Positions 34,186 to 43,313 are shown, numbered from the stretch's first letter. The stretch: 57,993 bases of DNA from Alphaproteobacteria bacterium (GCA_034668785.1 JAXDOS010000150.1:1-57993), one strand, 5' to 3'. The notes: a model not told the origin generated them from the sequence alone. Numbers and translations: made by a program.

Positions 34186-34258
34186 GGCGTGAAACACATG
34201 TTTTATAACGGGAATGGCTGCGGGTTGGCATCGGCTATGCCGTGCTGACTGAAGAGGG
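34186..34258 (+). pseudogene. decayed duplicate of the 3' end of the 32040..33014 beta-propeller gene
   Basis: ggcgtgaaacacatgttttataacgggaatggctgcgg... aligns by eye with 32898.. ggcgtgaaacacatgctttacaacggaaatggcttcgg. That gives GVKHMFYNGNG versus GVKHMLYNGNG. After an indel/frameshift it gives FGIGYAVLTEE versus FGYAVLVED. Confidence 0.55.
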
Positions 34259-34303
34259 GCCGAGCGGTCAGTTGAGGTTCGGAAATTTCCGCCGGGACGA
34301 AGT

Positions 34304-35116
34304 TTGGCAGGTCACATGGTCAAGAGTTTCCGCTCACCTAGCAAGGTGGCGCGCCGCTTGAAGCTCACACCGCTGGTGGCCCGCAAACTCGCGAGCTGGC
34401 CGCGCTTCATGTACAATTACGCACTTGGTTTTGTGCCCGATGCTCCTTATTCGTTTCGCAATCCTGCGCAGCTTAAGATCGGCCGCGGGGTCGATCACGT
34501 ACCCATCATTGAGATTTTTTTGCGCGAAGACTATGGCGTGGTGGCCGATGACGCCGTCGTGCTAGACCTCGGCGCAAACATCGGTGTCTTCTCGGTTTAC
34601 GCCGCAACAACCGCACGCGGCGTCAGGATCTACGCCTACGAGCCAATGGCCGATTTCTATCAACTGTTGCAGGAAAATGTCCGCCTTAATCAGCTGGGCG
34701 GCGTGGTCAAGTGCTTCAACTGTGCCGTCGGCTCCGACACCGGCGCGAGGGAACTTTTTGTCGATGGCACGGACTTCTTCTTCCCGACGTTAGTGGCGCC
34801 AAATGGCGACGGCGCCACGCACAAAGTCCACGTGCCCTGCACCACACTCGCGGAAATCCTCGATGCGAATCGGCTTCCGCGGGTCGACCTCGTCAAGATG
34901 GACTGCGAGGGCGCGGAATACGAAATTCTTTACAGCACGCCTGCACACTATTTCGATCAGATCGAAGAAATCAGGCTAGAATACCACAACCTCGACAATG
35001 ATCAGCGTAATGTCGGCGCCCTGGCCGAGTTCTTGCGGAGTCGGAATTACGAGATCACCTTGACCAAAGCTATGACACGGACCAATGGCAACCTGTGGGC
35101 GCGCAAGCATGCTTGA
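34304..35116 (+). CDS. FkbM-family methyltransferase
   Basis: 270 aa. It has VLDLGANIGVFSVYAA, RIYAYEP, FNCAVGSDTG and VKMDCEGAEYEIL. An alternative start is ATG at 34316. Confidence 0.8.
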   Translation: MAGHMVKSFRSPSKVARRLKLTPLVARKLASWPRFMYNYALGFVPDAPYSFRNPAQLKIGRGVDHVPIIEIFLREDYGVVADDAVVLDLGANIGVFSVYAATTARGVRIYAYEPMADFYQLLQENVRLNQLGGVVKCFNCAVGSDTGARELFVDGTDFFFPTLVAPNGDGATHKVHVPCTTLAEILDANRLPRVDLVKMDCEGAEYEILYSTPAHYFDQIEEIRLEYHNLDNDQRNVGALAEFLRSRNYEITLTKAMTRTNGNLWARKHA

Positions 35117-35927
35117 CGCAAAACTGTATAAAGAGAACGGGTACCTGCTGGTGAAAGGATTCTTCCAGCAAAACGAGGTGGATGTCATCCGCGATGATGC
35201 GAAGCAAGTCTTCATCGCGCAGATGCTGAGACTCGGTATCATTTCGTCGCGCGACGTCAGCGACCTGGAATTCGAGCGCGGGATGTTCGAGTTCTTCGAG
35301 ACCGACCTGCAAAGCTTCACCAATTGCGGCAAGCAAGCCCAGCATCTAGTCTCTTTACACAGGCTCTCTTTGGACGAGCGCATAATTCGTGCGATCCGGC
35401 AATTGGGCCTCGATCTTCCAAACATCAGCACGCGACCTCTTCTTTACTTCAACTCGCGCCGGCTCGCGAAAAAGGAGGTCTATTGGCGGCTCACCGCGCA
35501 TCAGGACTGGCGCAGCATGCAGGGATCCCTGGACGCCATGGTCGTCTGGGTACCGCTGATTAACATTGGCAAGTCGTTGGGGGCGCTCGAGGTGATTCCC
35601 GGAAGCCATCGATGGGGATTACTGCAATCGAAGATGACTGATGGTTATGGACATATCGAAGAACCGGTGAAGATATCTGACATGGTGCCCATCGAAGTAG
35701 AAGCGGGCGATGCCCTTTTCTTTTCTGCATTTCTGGCACACCAGTCCGGCACCAGTATCACGGATTCAATCCGATGGTCTTGCCACTTTCGCTACAACAA
35801 CCTCAACGAAAAGACGTTCATCGATCGCGGCTTCCCACATCCGTATATTTACAAGCCGCAGGAGGAATTGATTACCAAGGAATTCCCCGAACGCGCTCAA
35901 CTCGAAGATATCTTTCGTATGAAATAG
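35109..35927 (+). CDS. phytanoyl-CoA dioxygenase (PhyH) family Fe(II)/2-oxoglutarate-dependent oxygenase
   Basis: The track ORF 35085..35927 is trimmed to the ATG at 35109, which overlaps the upstream stop by 8 nt. It has YKENGYLLVKGFF, LTAHQDW (HxD), VIPGSH and FFSAFLAHQSG (distal His). Confidence 0.8.
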   Translation: MLDAKLYKENGYLLVKGFFQQNEVDVIRDDAKQVFIAQMLRLGIISSRDVSDLEFERGMFEFFETDLQSFTNCGKQAQHLVSLHRLSLDERIIRAIRQLGLDLPNISTRPLLYFNSRRLAKKEVYWRLTAHQDWRSMQGSLDAMVVWVPLINIGKSLGALEVIPGSHRWGLLQSKMTDGYGHIEEPVKISDMVPIEVEAGDALFFSAFLAHQSGTSITDSIRWSCHFRYNNLNEKTFIDRGFPHPYIYKPQEELITKEFPERAQLEDIFRMK

Positions 35928-35944
35928 CACCAGGACGAACCTGC

Positions 35945-37048
35945 CTAGGCGCCGATAGCCTCGAGGATACTTTGCCCCACTCTTTGAATCTCGGCTACTT
36001 CAAGGTCGCGAAAAAAAGGCAACGCGATCGTTGAATTGGCCAATGTCGCAGTGGCAGGGAGTGCACTCCGAGGAAAAGCCGCTGTCGCCGCGTGCATGTG
36101 GGCTCCAGGGCCCCACCATTGGCGCGTCTCTATGCCTGCTTCCGCGAGCGTATTTTGCAGTCGAGTTCCGCTAGAATCCATCAATTCGAGAACGCACGTG
36201 GCGGTGATCCAGGATTGACCAAAGTCCTCCTGAAACCGCAGCTGGTTCGATTCCGGCATCGCCTTGCGGTAAGCTTGTGCCACCGCCATCCACTCGTTGC
36301 GAACGTCGATCCATTCGTCGAGCGCCGCGAGGCCAACTGCTGCGTGATATTCGCTGAGCTTAGCGTTGGCCCCTGGCACTACGGCTTCGCGCGTTCCTGC
36401 GAATCCGAAATTAGAACGGTTGCGGACCTCTAGAATGAGGGAATCGTCAGTACTCATAACGAAGCCACCTTCGCCCACGCCGAACACCTTCGTGGCGTGC
36501 AAACTGACCACAGCTGGCACCGCACCGGGAATGACGGCATCAAAGCCGGCTGCGGCGTCGATCACGACCGGCAATCCGGTGCGCGATTGGAAACGGTCCC
36601 ATGCCGCTACATCGACCGGCCGCCCGAAGGGCGCCACCGGCATGACGGCTCCGACTGCAGCCGGTGCCTCGGCGATCGCATTCGCGACCGCGTCCGGATC
36701 CAGGGCCCAGGTGTCCGCATTCACATCGATGAAATAGGGAATTAGCCCCGCCATTGTTGCGGCGTGGGCCGATGCCACAAAGGTCCAGGCGGGTATTGCG
36801 CAAAGAGATCCCGGCCGGGCTCCCTGAGCGGTGAGCGCCAAAGTCAGCCCAAGGGTCGCGTTCGCGACCGTCGTGATTGTACCACTGGACAGCCCAAAAT
36901 GTTGCGCTAGCTGTTCCTCGAACGAGAACGCAAGGGGTCCGAAATTGCTGTAAATCCTCGACGAATCGATGGCTCTCAAATAAGGCAAAAGCCGAGTCGC
37001 AGACGGAAGTTTCGGGCGCATTACGGGGGTGATCGGCATGGGTGGCAT
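35945..37048 (-). CDS. DegT/DnrJ/EryC1/StrS-family PLP-dependent sugar aminotransferase
   Basis: 367 aa. It has TVANATLGLTLAL and VSLHATKVFGVGEGG (PLP lysine), with an overall fold-type I sugar aminotransferase layout. Confidence 0.85.
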   Translation of the reverse strand: MPPMPITPVMRPKLPSATRLLPYLRAIDSSRIYSNFGPLAFSFEEQLAQHFGLSSGTITTVANATLGLTLALTAQGARPGSLCAIPAWTFVASAHAATMAGLIPYFIDVNADTWALDPDAVANAIAEAPAAVGAVMPVAPFGRPVDVAAWDRFQSRTGLPVVIDAAAGFDAVIPGAVPAVVSLHATKVFGVGEGGFVMSTDDSLILEVRNRSNFGFAGTREAVVPGANAKLSEYHAAVGLAALDEWIDVRNEWMAVAQAYRKAMPESNQLRFQEDFGQSWITATCVLELMDSSGTRLQNTLAEAGIETRQWWGPGAHMHAATAAFPRSALPATATLANSTIALPFFRDLEVAEIQRVGQSILEAIGA

Positions 37049-37359
37049 ACTCTACCCATTCCCGGAAGACATCGGAATAGCCGTGAGGAATGACCGCATA
37101 GCGTAATTCCAGCCGTCTATGGCAGCCAAGTTACAAATTGCCGTCGTTTCCCGAGGCGATCATATTACCCCTACGCTCTGACGACGCATTCCCTTTTTTA
37201 GTTGGCTGAAACCGAACTTCGAGGGGCTCGGCGAGTGGTGCAAATCTGACTAGGCGATAGTTGTCCTGCGGCCAAGCGACCGAGGCCAGCCTCACGTCCC
37301 ACGAGCTTTATCAACGAGCGCCACGCTTACCATGCCGGATTCACATTTCTGGAACTTAG

Positions 37360-39597
37360 TTATTGTGGCTCGATGATGTTCTGTACAGGCACCGAGCCCA
37401 GTTTTCGTCCACGATAGAGATTTTGATACCGGCGTACGCAGCTTTCGAGCGAAAATAGGTCTTCAACACGGCGTCGCGCGGCTTGACCAAGCCTAAAACG
37501 TAAATCCTTGTCATTGGCCAATTTCACAAGGGCTTCCGCGAGCGCTTCCGGCGCCTTGGCGGCAACAAGAATTCCCGTCTCGTCAGGAACAATCGCATCC
37601 AAGTTTCCCCCGACAGCGGTAGCCACTACCGGAAGCCCCCGGCTCATTGCTTCAATCAGGCTATTCGAGAATCCCTCCTCGTGAGAGGGAAGCACCGCTA
37701 TATCCGCCGCGTCGAAAAGCTGCTCGACGTCGGTACGTTCTCCCAGCCACATGACGCAACGTTGCAAACCTAGAGACTCTGCTGTTCTCCGAAGCGAGGC
37801 TCCTATTCCGTCATCCCTCCCGACGACCAGCAGCCGCCAATTCGGCCCCATCTGCGAGTTTGCAACGCTCAGCGCCCGCAAAAGGTCTTCATGGCCCTTG
37901 TAGACCATGAGATTGGCCACGACGATCAGAACGAGGCACTCGGACGGAAGTGCAAGATTATGCCGGGTTGCGGCCCGCGCTTCCGCATCAGCCAAGGGCG
38001 AAATTTGAATGCCGTTATAAAGCAGCCCGACCTTCGAAGGATCGCCGCATTCGCGGATGAGCTCGTTGACGACAGCGTTGGAGTTGCCGAGGAGCGCCGT
38101 GGTCCGACGGTGCATCCAGAATTCCAGCTTAGCCAGCAGGGGGTGCCGGAGCTGGTATTTTGCCAGCGACCGGCGACTCATGACTCTGACCTTTGGCCCC
38201 GCCAGCATCGCCGCGAAAGAGCCGATGAGATACGGTTCCGGAAGGAAGAAATGAATAATATCGGGGCATTGCTGGCGCAGATGGCGAACGAGGCGCCATG
38301 CGCGGCCGATTGTTGCCAATGGATTCTGCGCTGCCACGCGCGGACCCACAATCGTATTTGCCGCAAGCTCAGATTCCAGTCTGCCTCCACGCTCCAGCAC
38401 AAACAGCGAAGCGTCTATGCCGCGAAGCCGCAACTCCGGAAGGATACGTACAATGTGTCTTTCAGTGCCTCCAATATCCATGCGCCTTGTGACAATAAGG
38501 ACCTTCGGCTTTCGTTTGTTAATCGTATGGAGCAGAATGGAAGAAAGCTTGGGCAAAACCCGGCTTATAGAATATTCCCTCTCGACAATTTGCCGTCCTT
38601 CGGCGCCCATCTGACGGCGAAGGGAAGGGCTCGCAATCAATTGCTGCAAAGCGGCTGTCCATTCCTCCATCGAGTTCACCAAAAATCCGCTCACGTTGTC
38701 ATTCACCACATTAATATTTGCTCCGACCGAGGAGGCAACAACGGGCTTTCCGGCAGCCATGAACTGCAGAAGCTTGTAGGCACATTTGCCTTGTTCCCAT
38801 GGATCATTTTTGAGCGGCATAAGACCGATATCGACCGCACCAAGCTCTTCGGTTTCCGAGAGCTCGCTCCACACAACGCTCCTGACAGGGAGCTGGGAGA
38901 AGGCGGCCGGCGTGTTAGCTCCAATAATAGTCAGGCAAGCGTTGCGGCCGGATAATATGGTTCTGATCACCGGCTCGATATACTGCAAATAAAAAACCGT
39001 AACTGGAGTACCTATCCAGCCGACAACAACGGGATGATCGGGTTTCGTTTCTTCTTCGGAAGTTGGGCTGGGCAGTGAATATTGGCTCAGGTCAATTGTC
39101 GACGGGATGACCTCCACTTGACGGGCGCCGGCGAGACGCGCGCGTTCCGCAAGAAAGTCATTGCCCCCAATAACAACCGCCGCTCCCCGCATGATCTTGT
39201 CGATTTTCGTCCCGAGAAATAAGCGCACTAGCGGCAGCTTGTGTTGCTCGTAGCGAAGAAACCAGGCGTCATCCAAGTCCGCGATATACGGCACGCCCTT
39301 CAACAGCGCTGCTTCTATCCACGCCGGCAGCCACGGGAACACCTCCTTCTCCAGCCAAATTAAGTCGTAGTGTTCCCGGTGCAAAAGCGCGCGCAATCTC
39401 CGGAAGTAGGATCGCACCACTGCTAGGAAATTGACTGGACGGCGTTCATAAAGCGCCCGCAAATAAGACGCATCCAAAAGCGGAACGACTTCGAATTCGA
39501 AGCCCTCCTTTTCGAGCTCCGGCAAAAACTGAAGAAAACGAATGCGGCTGCTTGCGCCCTGCCGGTCGTAGCGCGTGAGTATCAGCACTCTATACAT
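37360..39597 (-). CDS. two-domain family-4 (GT-B) glycosyltransferase, candidate chain-extending enzyme
   Basis: The track ORF 37360..39669 is trimmed to MYRVLILTRYD at 39597, which overlaps the upstream stop by 8 nt. Two GT4 modules are present. Module 1 ends around NDNVSGFLV. Module 2 has KVLIVTRRMDIGGTERH and PSHEEGFSNSLIEAMSRGLPVVAT (EX7E). Confidence 0.8.
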   Translation of the reverse strand: MYRVLILTRYDRQGASSRIRFLQFLPELEKEGFEFEVVPLLDASYLRALYERRPVNFLAVVRSYFRRLRALLHREHYDLIWLEKEVFPWLPAWIEAALLKGVPYIADLDDAWFLRYEQHKLPLVRLFLGTKIDKIMRGAAVVIGGNDFLAERARLAGARQVEVIPSTIDLSQYSLPSPTSEEETKPDHPVVVGWIGTPVTVFYLQYIEPVIRTILSGRNACLTIIGANTPAAFSQLPVRSVVWSELSETEELGAVDIGLMPLKNDPWEQGKCAYKLLQFMAAGKPVVASSVGANINVVNDNVSGFLVNSMEEWTAALQQLIASPSLRRQMGAEGRQIVEREYSISRVLPKLSSILLHTINKRKPKVLIVTRRMDIGGTERHIVRILPELRLRGIDASLFVLERGGRLESELAANTIVGPRVAAQNPLATIGRAWRLVRHLRQQCPDIIHFFLPEPYLIGSFAAMLAGPKVRVMSRRSLAKYQLRHPLLAKLEFWMHRRTTALLGNSNAVVNELIRECGDPSKVGLLYNGIQISPLADAEARAATRHNLALPSECLVLIVVANLMVYKGHEDLLRALSVANSQMGPNWRLLVVGRDDGIGASLRRTAESLGLQRCVMWLGERTDVEQLFDAADIAVLPSHEEGFSNSLIEAMSRGLPVVATAVGGNLDAIVPDETGILVAAKAPEALAEALVKLANDKDLRFRLGQAARRRVEDLFSLESCVRRYQNLYRGRKLGSVPVQNIIEPQ

Positions 39598-40567
39598 GAG
39601 TAGGTCGTAATTTGGCGAATTGACGATGAGTTGAAATAATATTTGGAAAGTCTGCCCAAAGCATCCCAAACCCGCATGCTACGTCCTTAACATCGGCAAA
39701 CCGTAGAGAAGCCGACGCTGCGGCCAAACGTAAGAGAGGCTCCAACAACAAGGTCGTCATGGCAACGGCCGTCGCTCCGGCGATTCCAAAATGCTTTAAA
39801 CTATAAAGAATGCGGCTTCTAGCGGAGTAGAACAGGCGGCGGGCCTTGATATTGCGCGTCGTTCCGCAGCCGAGATGGAAAACTTGGGCAGTCGCGAGAT
39901 AGACGCTTGTCCAGCCTTGTCTTCGCATCCGTACTGCGAAATCCAAGTCTTCGAAATAAACGAAAAAGCGCTCGTCAAACCCGCTGAGAGCATCGAATAG
40001 CGAGCGCCTGACGAAATAAAAAGCGCCCATGACCTGATCGACCGGCCGAGTCTCCCGGTGATCCCATTCCAGCAGGAAGTGCGGAGGGAAAATAGAAGGC
40101 ATCAATCGATCCAAAGCTAAACTATGTCCGAGCAACGACCATACCGCCGGCTGCCGCGCGCAACTGCGTAGCACCAGGCCTTCGGCGTCCAAGAGTTGAA
40201 TGCCGACAACGCCAACGGATTGGTTGGTGGCGTGAGCCAAAAACCGGCCGGGCTGTTCTAGACAGCCGGGCCGCAGCTCAACGTCGGGATTTAGGAACAG
40301 CAGGAATTCGGCCGAGGATCCTGCGGCCCCCTGATTGCAGGCCGCGGCGAAGCCTCTGTTCTCCTCATTTCGGATGATTTTGATCGGCAACGTATCGGAA
40401 AAACAGTCGAGTTCATCCAGCGAGTCATCAGTGGAAGCGTTGTCGACGATGACAACATTCTCGATTTTGAGCGTATCGCCGGATACCGCGGCGAAAGACG
40501 CCAGGCAGCGGCGCAAGAGCTGCCCAGCATTCCAATTGACAATAACAATTTGAATGGTCGGGCCCAT
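39590..40567 (-). CDS. family-2 glycosyltransferase (rhamnosyltransferase-like)
   Basis: 325 aa. It has IQIVIVNWNAGQLL, VVIVDNASTDDS, FLNPDVEL and FFVYFEDLDF. Confidence 0.8.
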   Translation of the reverse strand: MGPTIQIVIVNWNAGQLLRRCLASFAAVSGDTLKIENVVIVDNASTDDSLDELDCFSDTLPIKIIRNEENRGFAAACNQGAAGSSAEFLLFLNPDVELRPGCLEQPGRFLAHATNQSVGVVGIQLLDAEGLVLRSCARQPAVWSLLGHSLALDRLMPSIFPPHFLLEWDHRETRPVDQVMGAFYFVRRSLFDALSGFDERFFVYFEDLDFAVRMRRQGWTSVYLATAQVFHLGCGTTRNIKARRLFYSARSRILYSLKHFGIAGATAVAMTTLLLEPLLRLAAASASLRFADVKDVACGFGMLWADFPNIISTHRQFAKLRPTHV

Positions 40568-40840
40568 GTTTCCGCTAAATTAGGACGCTCTCCCTCCAAT
40601 GTAAAAGCAAAAGCGCCAGAAGTGGTCGGCGCGGGTTCCCGCATCATGACATCGTCACGATGTGGGAACCAGGCGCGGTCCGGCGGTCCATGTCGGCCAC
40701 TCGCCTTGCAAAACGGCCTCGATTAGGCCAGTACATAATGCAAAGCCTAAAGGAAACGATTATCTGGATCGAACCCGCAACTTACGTAATTAAGCCTGAT
40801 TAACGCAGGTTTATAGCCCTTCCAGCAGGACCCCAAACAC

Positions 40841-41674
40841 GTGAGCGTGACCTCCACCAAAGTGACGTTTGCTCATCCATCATTGACGCATGAACTAAGA
40901 CGCGCGGCTGGAGATCTCTATGAAGGACTCAAAGCCCACGAGCTTTGGCTTACGCTCGGCTGGCATGACATTCGGCAGCGTTATCGCCGCTCAGTGGTCG
41001 GACCGTTCTGGCTGACCATTAGCATGGCCATTATGATTGCCGGAATCGGCTACCTATATGCTGGATTGTTTGGACAACAGCTCAGCAGCTATCTCCCCTA
41101 CATCGCCTCCGGCATTATTGTTTTCAGCTTCATTTCCCTCCTGCTAACGGAATCTACCCAGGTATTTATTTCATCCGCCGCCGCCATCCTGCAAATGAGA
41201 GCGCCGCTCAGTATTTATGTGTATCAGCTGATATGGAGAAATTTTCTAATTTTCGCCCACAACTTCGTAATCTATGTAGCTGTCTTTATAATATTTGGCC
41301 TTGAGCTAAAGGCGGATTTGCTTCTGGCCATCGTAGGCTTGTTGCTGATCGTGATAAACACAGCCGCGTTCGGCATCCTGCTGGGAGGATTAGGCGCCCG
41401 ATTTCGCGATATACCGCCAATCGTTTCAAGTCTCATGCAGTTGGCGTTCTTTATGACGCCGATATTCTGGACACCTGACCATCTCAGCAGCCGCAGCCTT
41501 TTTCTCGATCTCAATCCGTTTTACTATTTCGTCGAAATCGTGCGTCAGCCGCTTCTCGGGCATTCATTGCCCTCTTCCATGTGGACGATTGCCGTAGGAA
41601 TTACGTTGGCTAACGTTATCGTCGGCATGTTGTTTCTGGCTCGCTATCGCGGCCGAATTCCATATTGGCTGTGA
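40841..41674 (+). CDS. wzm: ABC-2 type polysaccharide export permease
   Basis: 277 aa with six hydrophobic segments. It has RYRRSVVGPFWLTI near the N-terminus, typical of Wzm/KpsM/TagG. It sits directly upstream of the ATPase gene. Confidence 0.85.
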   Translation: MSVTSTKVTFAHPSLTHELRRAAGDLYEGLKAHELWLTLGWHDIRQRYRRSVVGPFWLTISMAIMIAGIGYLYAGLFGQQLSSYLPYIASGIIVFSFISLLLTESTQVFISSAAAILQMRAPLSIYVYQLIWRNFLIFAHNFVIYVAVFIIFGLELKADLLLAIVGLLLIVINTAAFGILLGGLGARFRDIPPIVSSLMQLAFFMTPIFWTPDHLSSRSLFLDLNPFYYFVEIVRQPLLGHSLPSSMWTIAVGITLANVIVGMLFLARYRGRIPYWL

Positions 41675-41680
41675 GGACAG

Positions 41681-42439
41681 ATGGCCTTCATCAAGCTCGA
41701 GAATGTATCGGTTACGTTCCCGATTTACAGCGCCGGTAGCCGTTCATTGAAAAACCTCGTTCTGTCCGCCACAACGGGCGGACGCATCGGCAAGGATAAA
41801 CACAATCACATAACCGTTCATGCTCTCGACAATGTTTCAATGGAAATCAGCCACGGCGACCGCGTCGGTCTGATTGGGCACAACGGGGCGGGAAAGACCA
41901 CGCTTCTGCGTGTTTTGGGAGGGATCTATACGCCAAATCAGGGCGTCGTCACAATCGAAGGCAAAGTGACGCCGATGTTCGATGTAAGTCTTGGGATTGA
42001 TCCAGAAGGCACCGGCTACGAGAACATTATCTTGCGCGGGCTTTATCTTGGCTTGTCCAGAGCGGAAGCACGTAGGAAGACTGCCGAGATAGCGGAATTC
42101 ACGGAACTCGGCGAATTCCTGGACCTTCCTGTCAGGACATATTCTCAAGGAATGCAGGCTCGCCTGGCGTTCGCGATGGCGACTTCGATAAAGCCGGATA
42201 TCCTTTTATTGGACGAAGGTATTGGTGCCGGCGACGCCGCCTTTTTTCTGAAGGCGAATGAACGGCTGGACCGATTTGCGAAGGAAGCGGGAGCGGTGGT
42301 CCTCGCCTCTCATTCTGAAGAACTTATTCGGAAGCTGTGCAATAAATTGATTCTTATGGAACACGGTCGAATTTCTTGGGTGGGTGAATTGGATGCGGGC
42401 TTTCAGTTCTACAGCCGGTCGATTGCGAAGCAGTCTTGA
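41681..42439 (+). CDS. wzt: polysaccharide export ABC transporter ATP-binding protein (short form, no C-terminal carbohydrate-binding extension)
   Basis: 252 aa. Walker A is GLIGHNGAGKTTLL, the signature-like motif is YSQGMQARL, and Walker B is ILLLDEGIGAGD. The protein ends about 40 aa after the H-loop. Confidence 0.85.
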   Translation: MAFIKLENVSVTFPIYSAGSRSLKNLVLSATTGGRIGKDKHNHITVHALDNVSMEISHGDRVGLIGHNGAGKTTLLRVLGGIYTPNQGVVTIEGKVTPMFDVSLGIDPEGTGYENIILRGLYLGLSRAEARRKTAEIAEFTELGEFLDLPVRTYSQGMQARLAFAMATSIKPDILLLDEGIGAGDAAFFLKANERLDRFAKEAGAVVLASHSEELIRKLCNKLILMEHGRISWVGELDAGFQFYSRSIAKQS

Positions 42440-42497
42440 TCAACTAGCGAATCCCACGCCGCGCGCAGTCGGCTAAGCCGAGGGGAAGAGGAAAACC

Positions 42498-43313
42498 ATG
42501 GAGTCCAACGAGCCAGTCACCATTCCCGCGCTGCAGGCGATGAAGCGCGAAGGCAAGAAGATCGCCGGCGTGGTCGCCTGGGATTTTCAGATAGCGCAGA
42601 TCGCCGACCGCGCCGGGGTCGACATGATCGTGGTTGGCGACTCCGTCGGCGCCAATCTGCTGGGCCATGCCACGCCGCTGGAAGTCACCGTCGACGAAAT
42701 CCTGGTGTTCTGCAAAGCCGTGCGCCGTGGCACCAAGCGCGCGTTGGTGAGCTGCGACATTCCTTTCGGTCCGCTGCAGGAAGGTCTCGACAGCGCCTTG
42801 CGCGCCGCCGTGCGGCTGGTGAAGGAAGGCGGCGCCGACATGCTCAAGCTCGACGCCTCCGCCGAATTTCCTGAAGTCGTGAAAGCGATCACCCGCGCCG
42901 GTATTCCCGTTTTCGCGCAGTTCGGGCTCACGCCGCAGACCGCGCTGAAATACGGCGTGCCCTATGGCGCGCAGAATTCCGAAAGCTCGCAAGCGACCGA
43001 GAAGATGACCGCGAAGCTCGTCGACGAGGCCAAGCGTCTGGAGGACGCCGGCGCGGTGGCGCTCGACTTCACCAATTCCGGCCCGATCGCCGGCCCCGCC
43101 GTGGTGAAGGCGGTGAAGATTCCGGTGATCGGCGGTTTCGGCGGCGGTCCCTGGCTCGACGGCCGCGTGCGGCTGGCGCAAACCGCGCTCGGCTCCTCGG
43201 CGAAATGGCTCGACTCCAAGCAGGACACCTACGTCAACACCGCCAAGCTGTCGCTCGACGCTTTCAAGGCGCTGATCGCCGACGTTCGCGCGGGGAAGCA
43301 GATCAAGGGGTAA
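42498..43313 (+). CDS. panB: 3-methyl-2-oxobutanoate hydroxymethyltransferase family protein (PanB-like, possibly a paralogue)
   Basis: 271 aa. It has KKIAGVVAWDFQIAQIADRAGVDMIVVGDSVG, DIPFG, GADMLKLD, FGLTPQ and IPVIGGFGGG, colinear with PanB motifs but divergent. Confidence 0.7.
   Translation: MESNEPVTIPALQAMKREGKKIAGVVAWDFQIAQIADRAGVDMIVVGDSVGANLLGHATPLEVTVDEILVFCKAVRRGTKRALVSCDIPFGPLQEGLDSALRAAVRLVKEGGADMLKLDASAEFPEVVKAITRAGIPVFAQFGLTPQTALKYGVPYGAQNSESSQATEKMTAKLVDEAKRLEDAGAVALDFTNSGPIAGPAVVKAVKIPVIGGFGGGPWLDGRVRLAQTALGSSAKWLDSKQDTYVNTAKLSLDAFKALIADVRAGKQIKG

Noticed and set aside
37891-38955. 354-aa plus-strand ORF inside the two-domain GT4 gene
   Set aside because: It is antisense to a gene with clear GT4 motifs. 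The translated sequence has no family resemblance.
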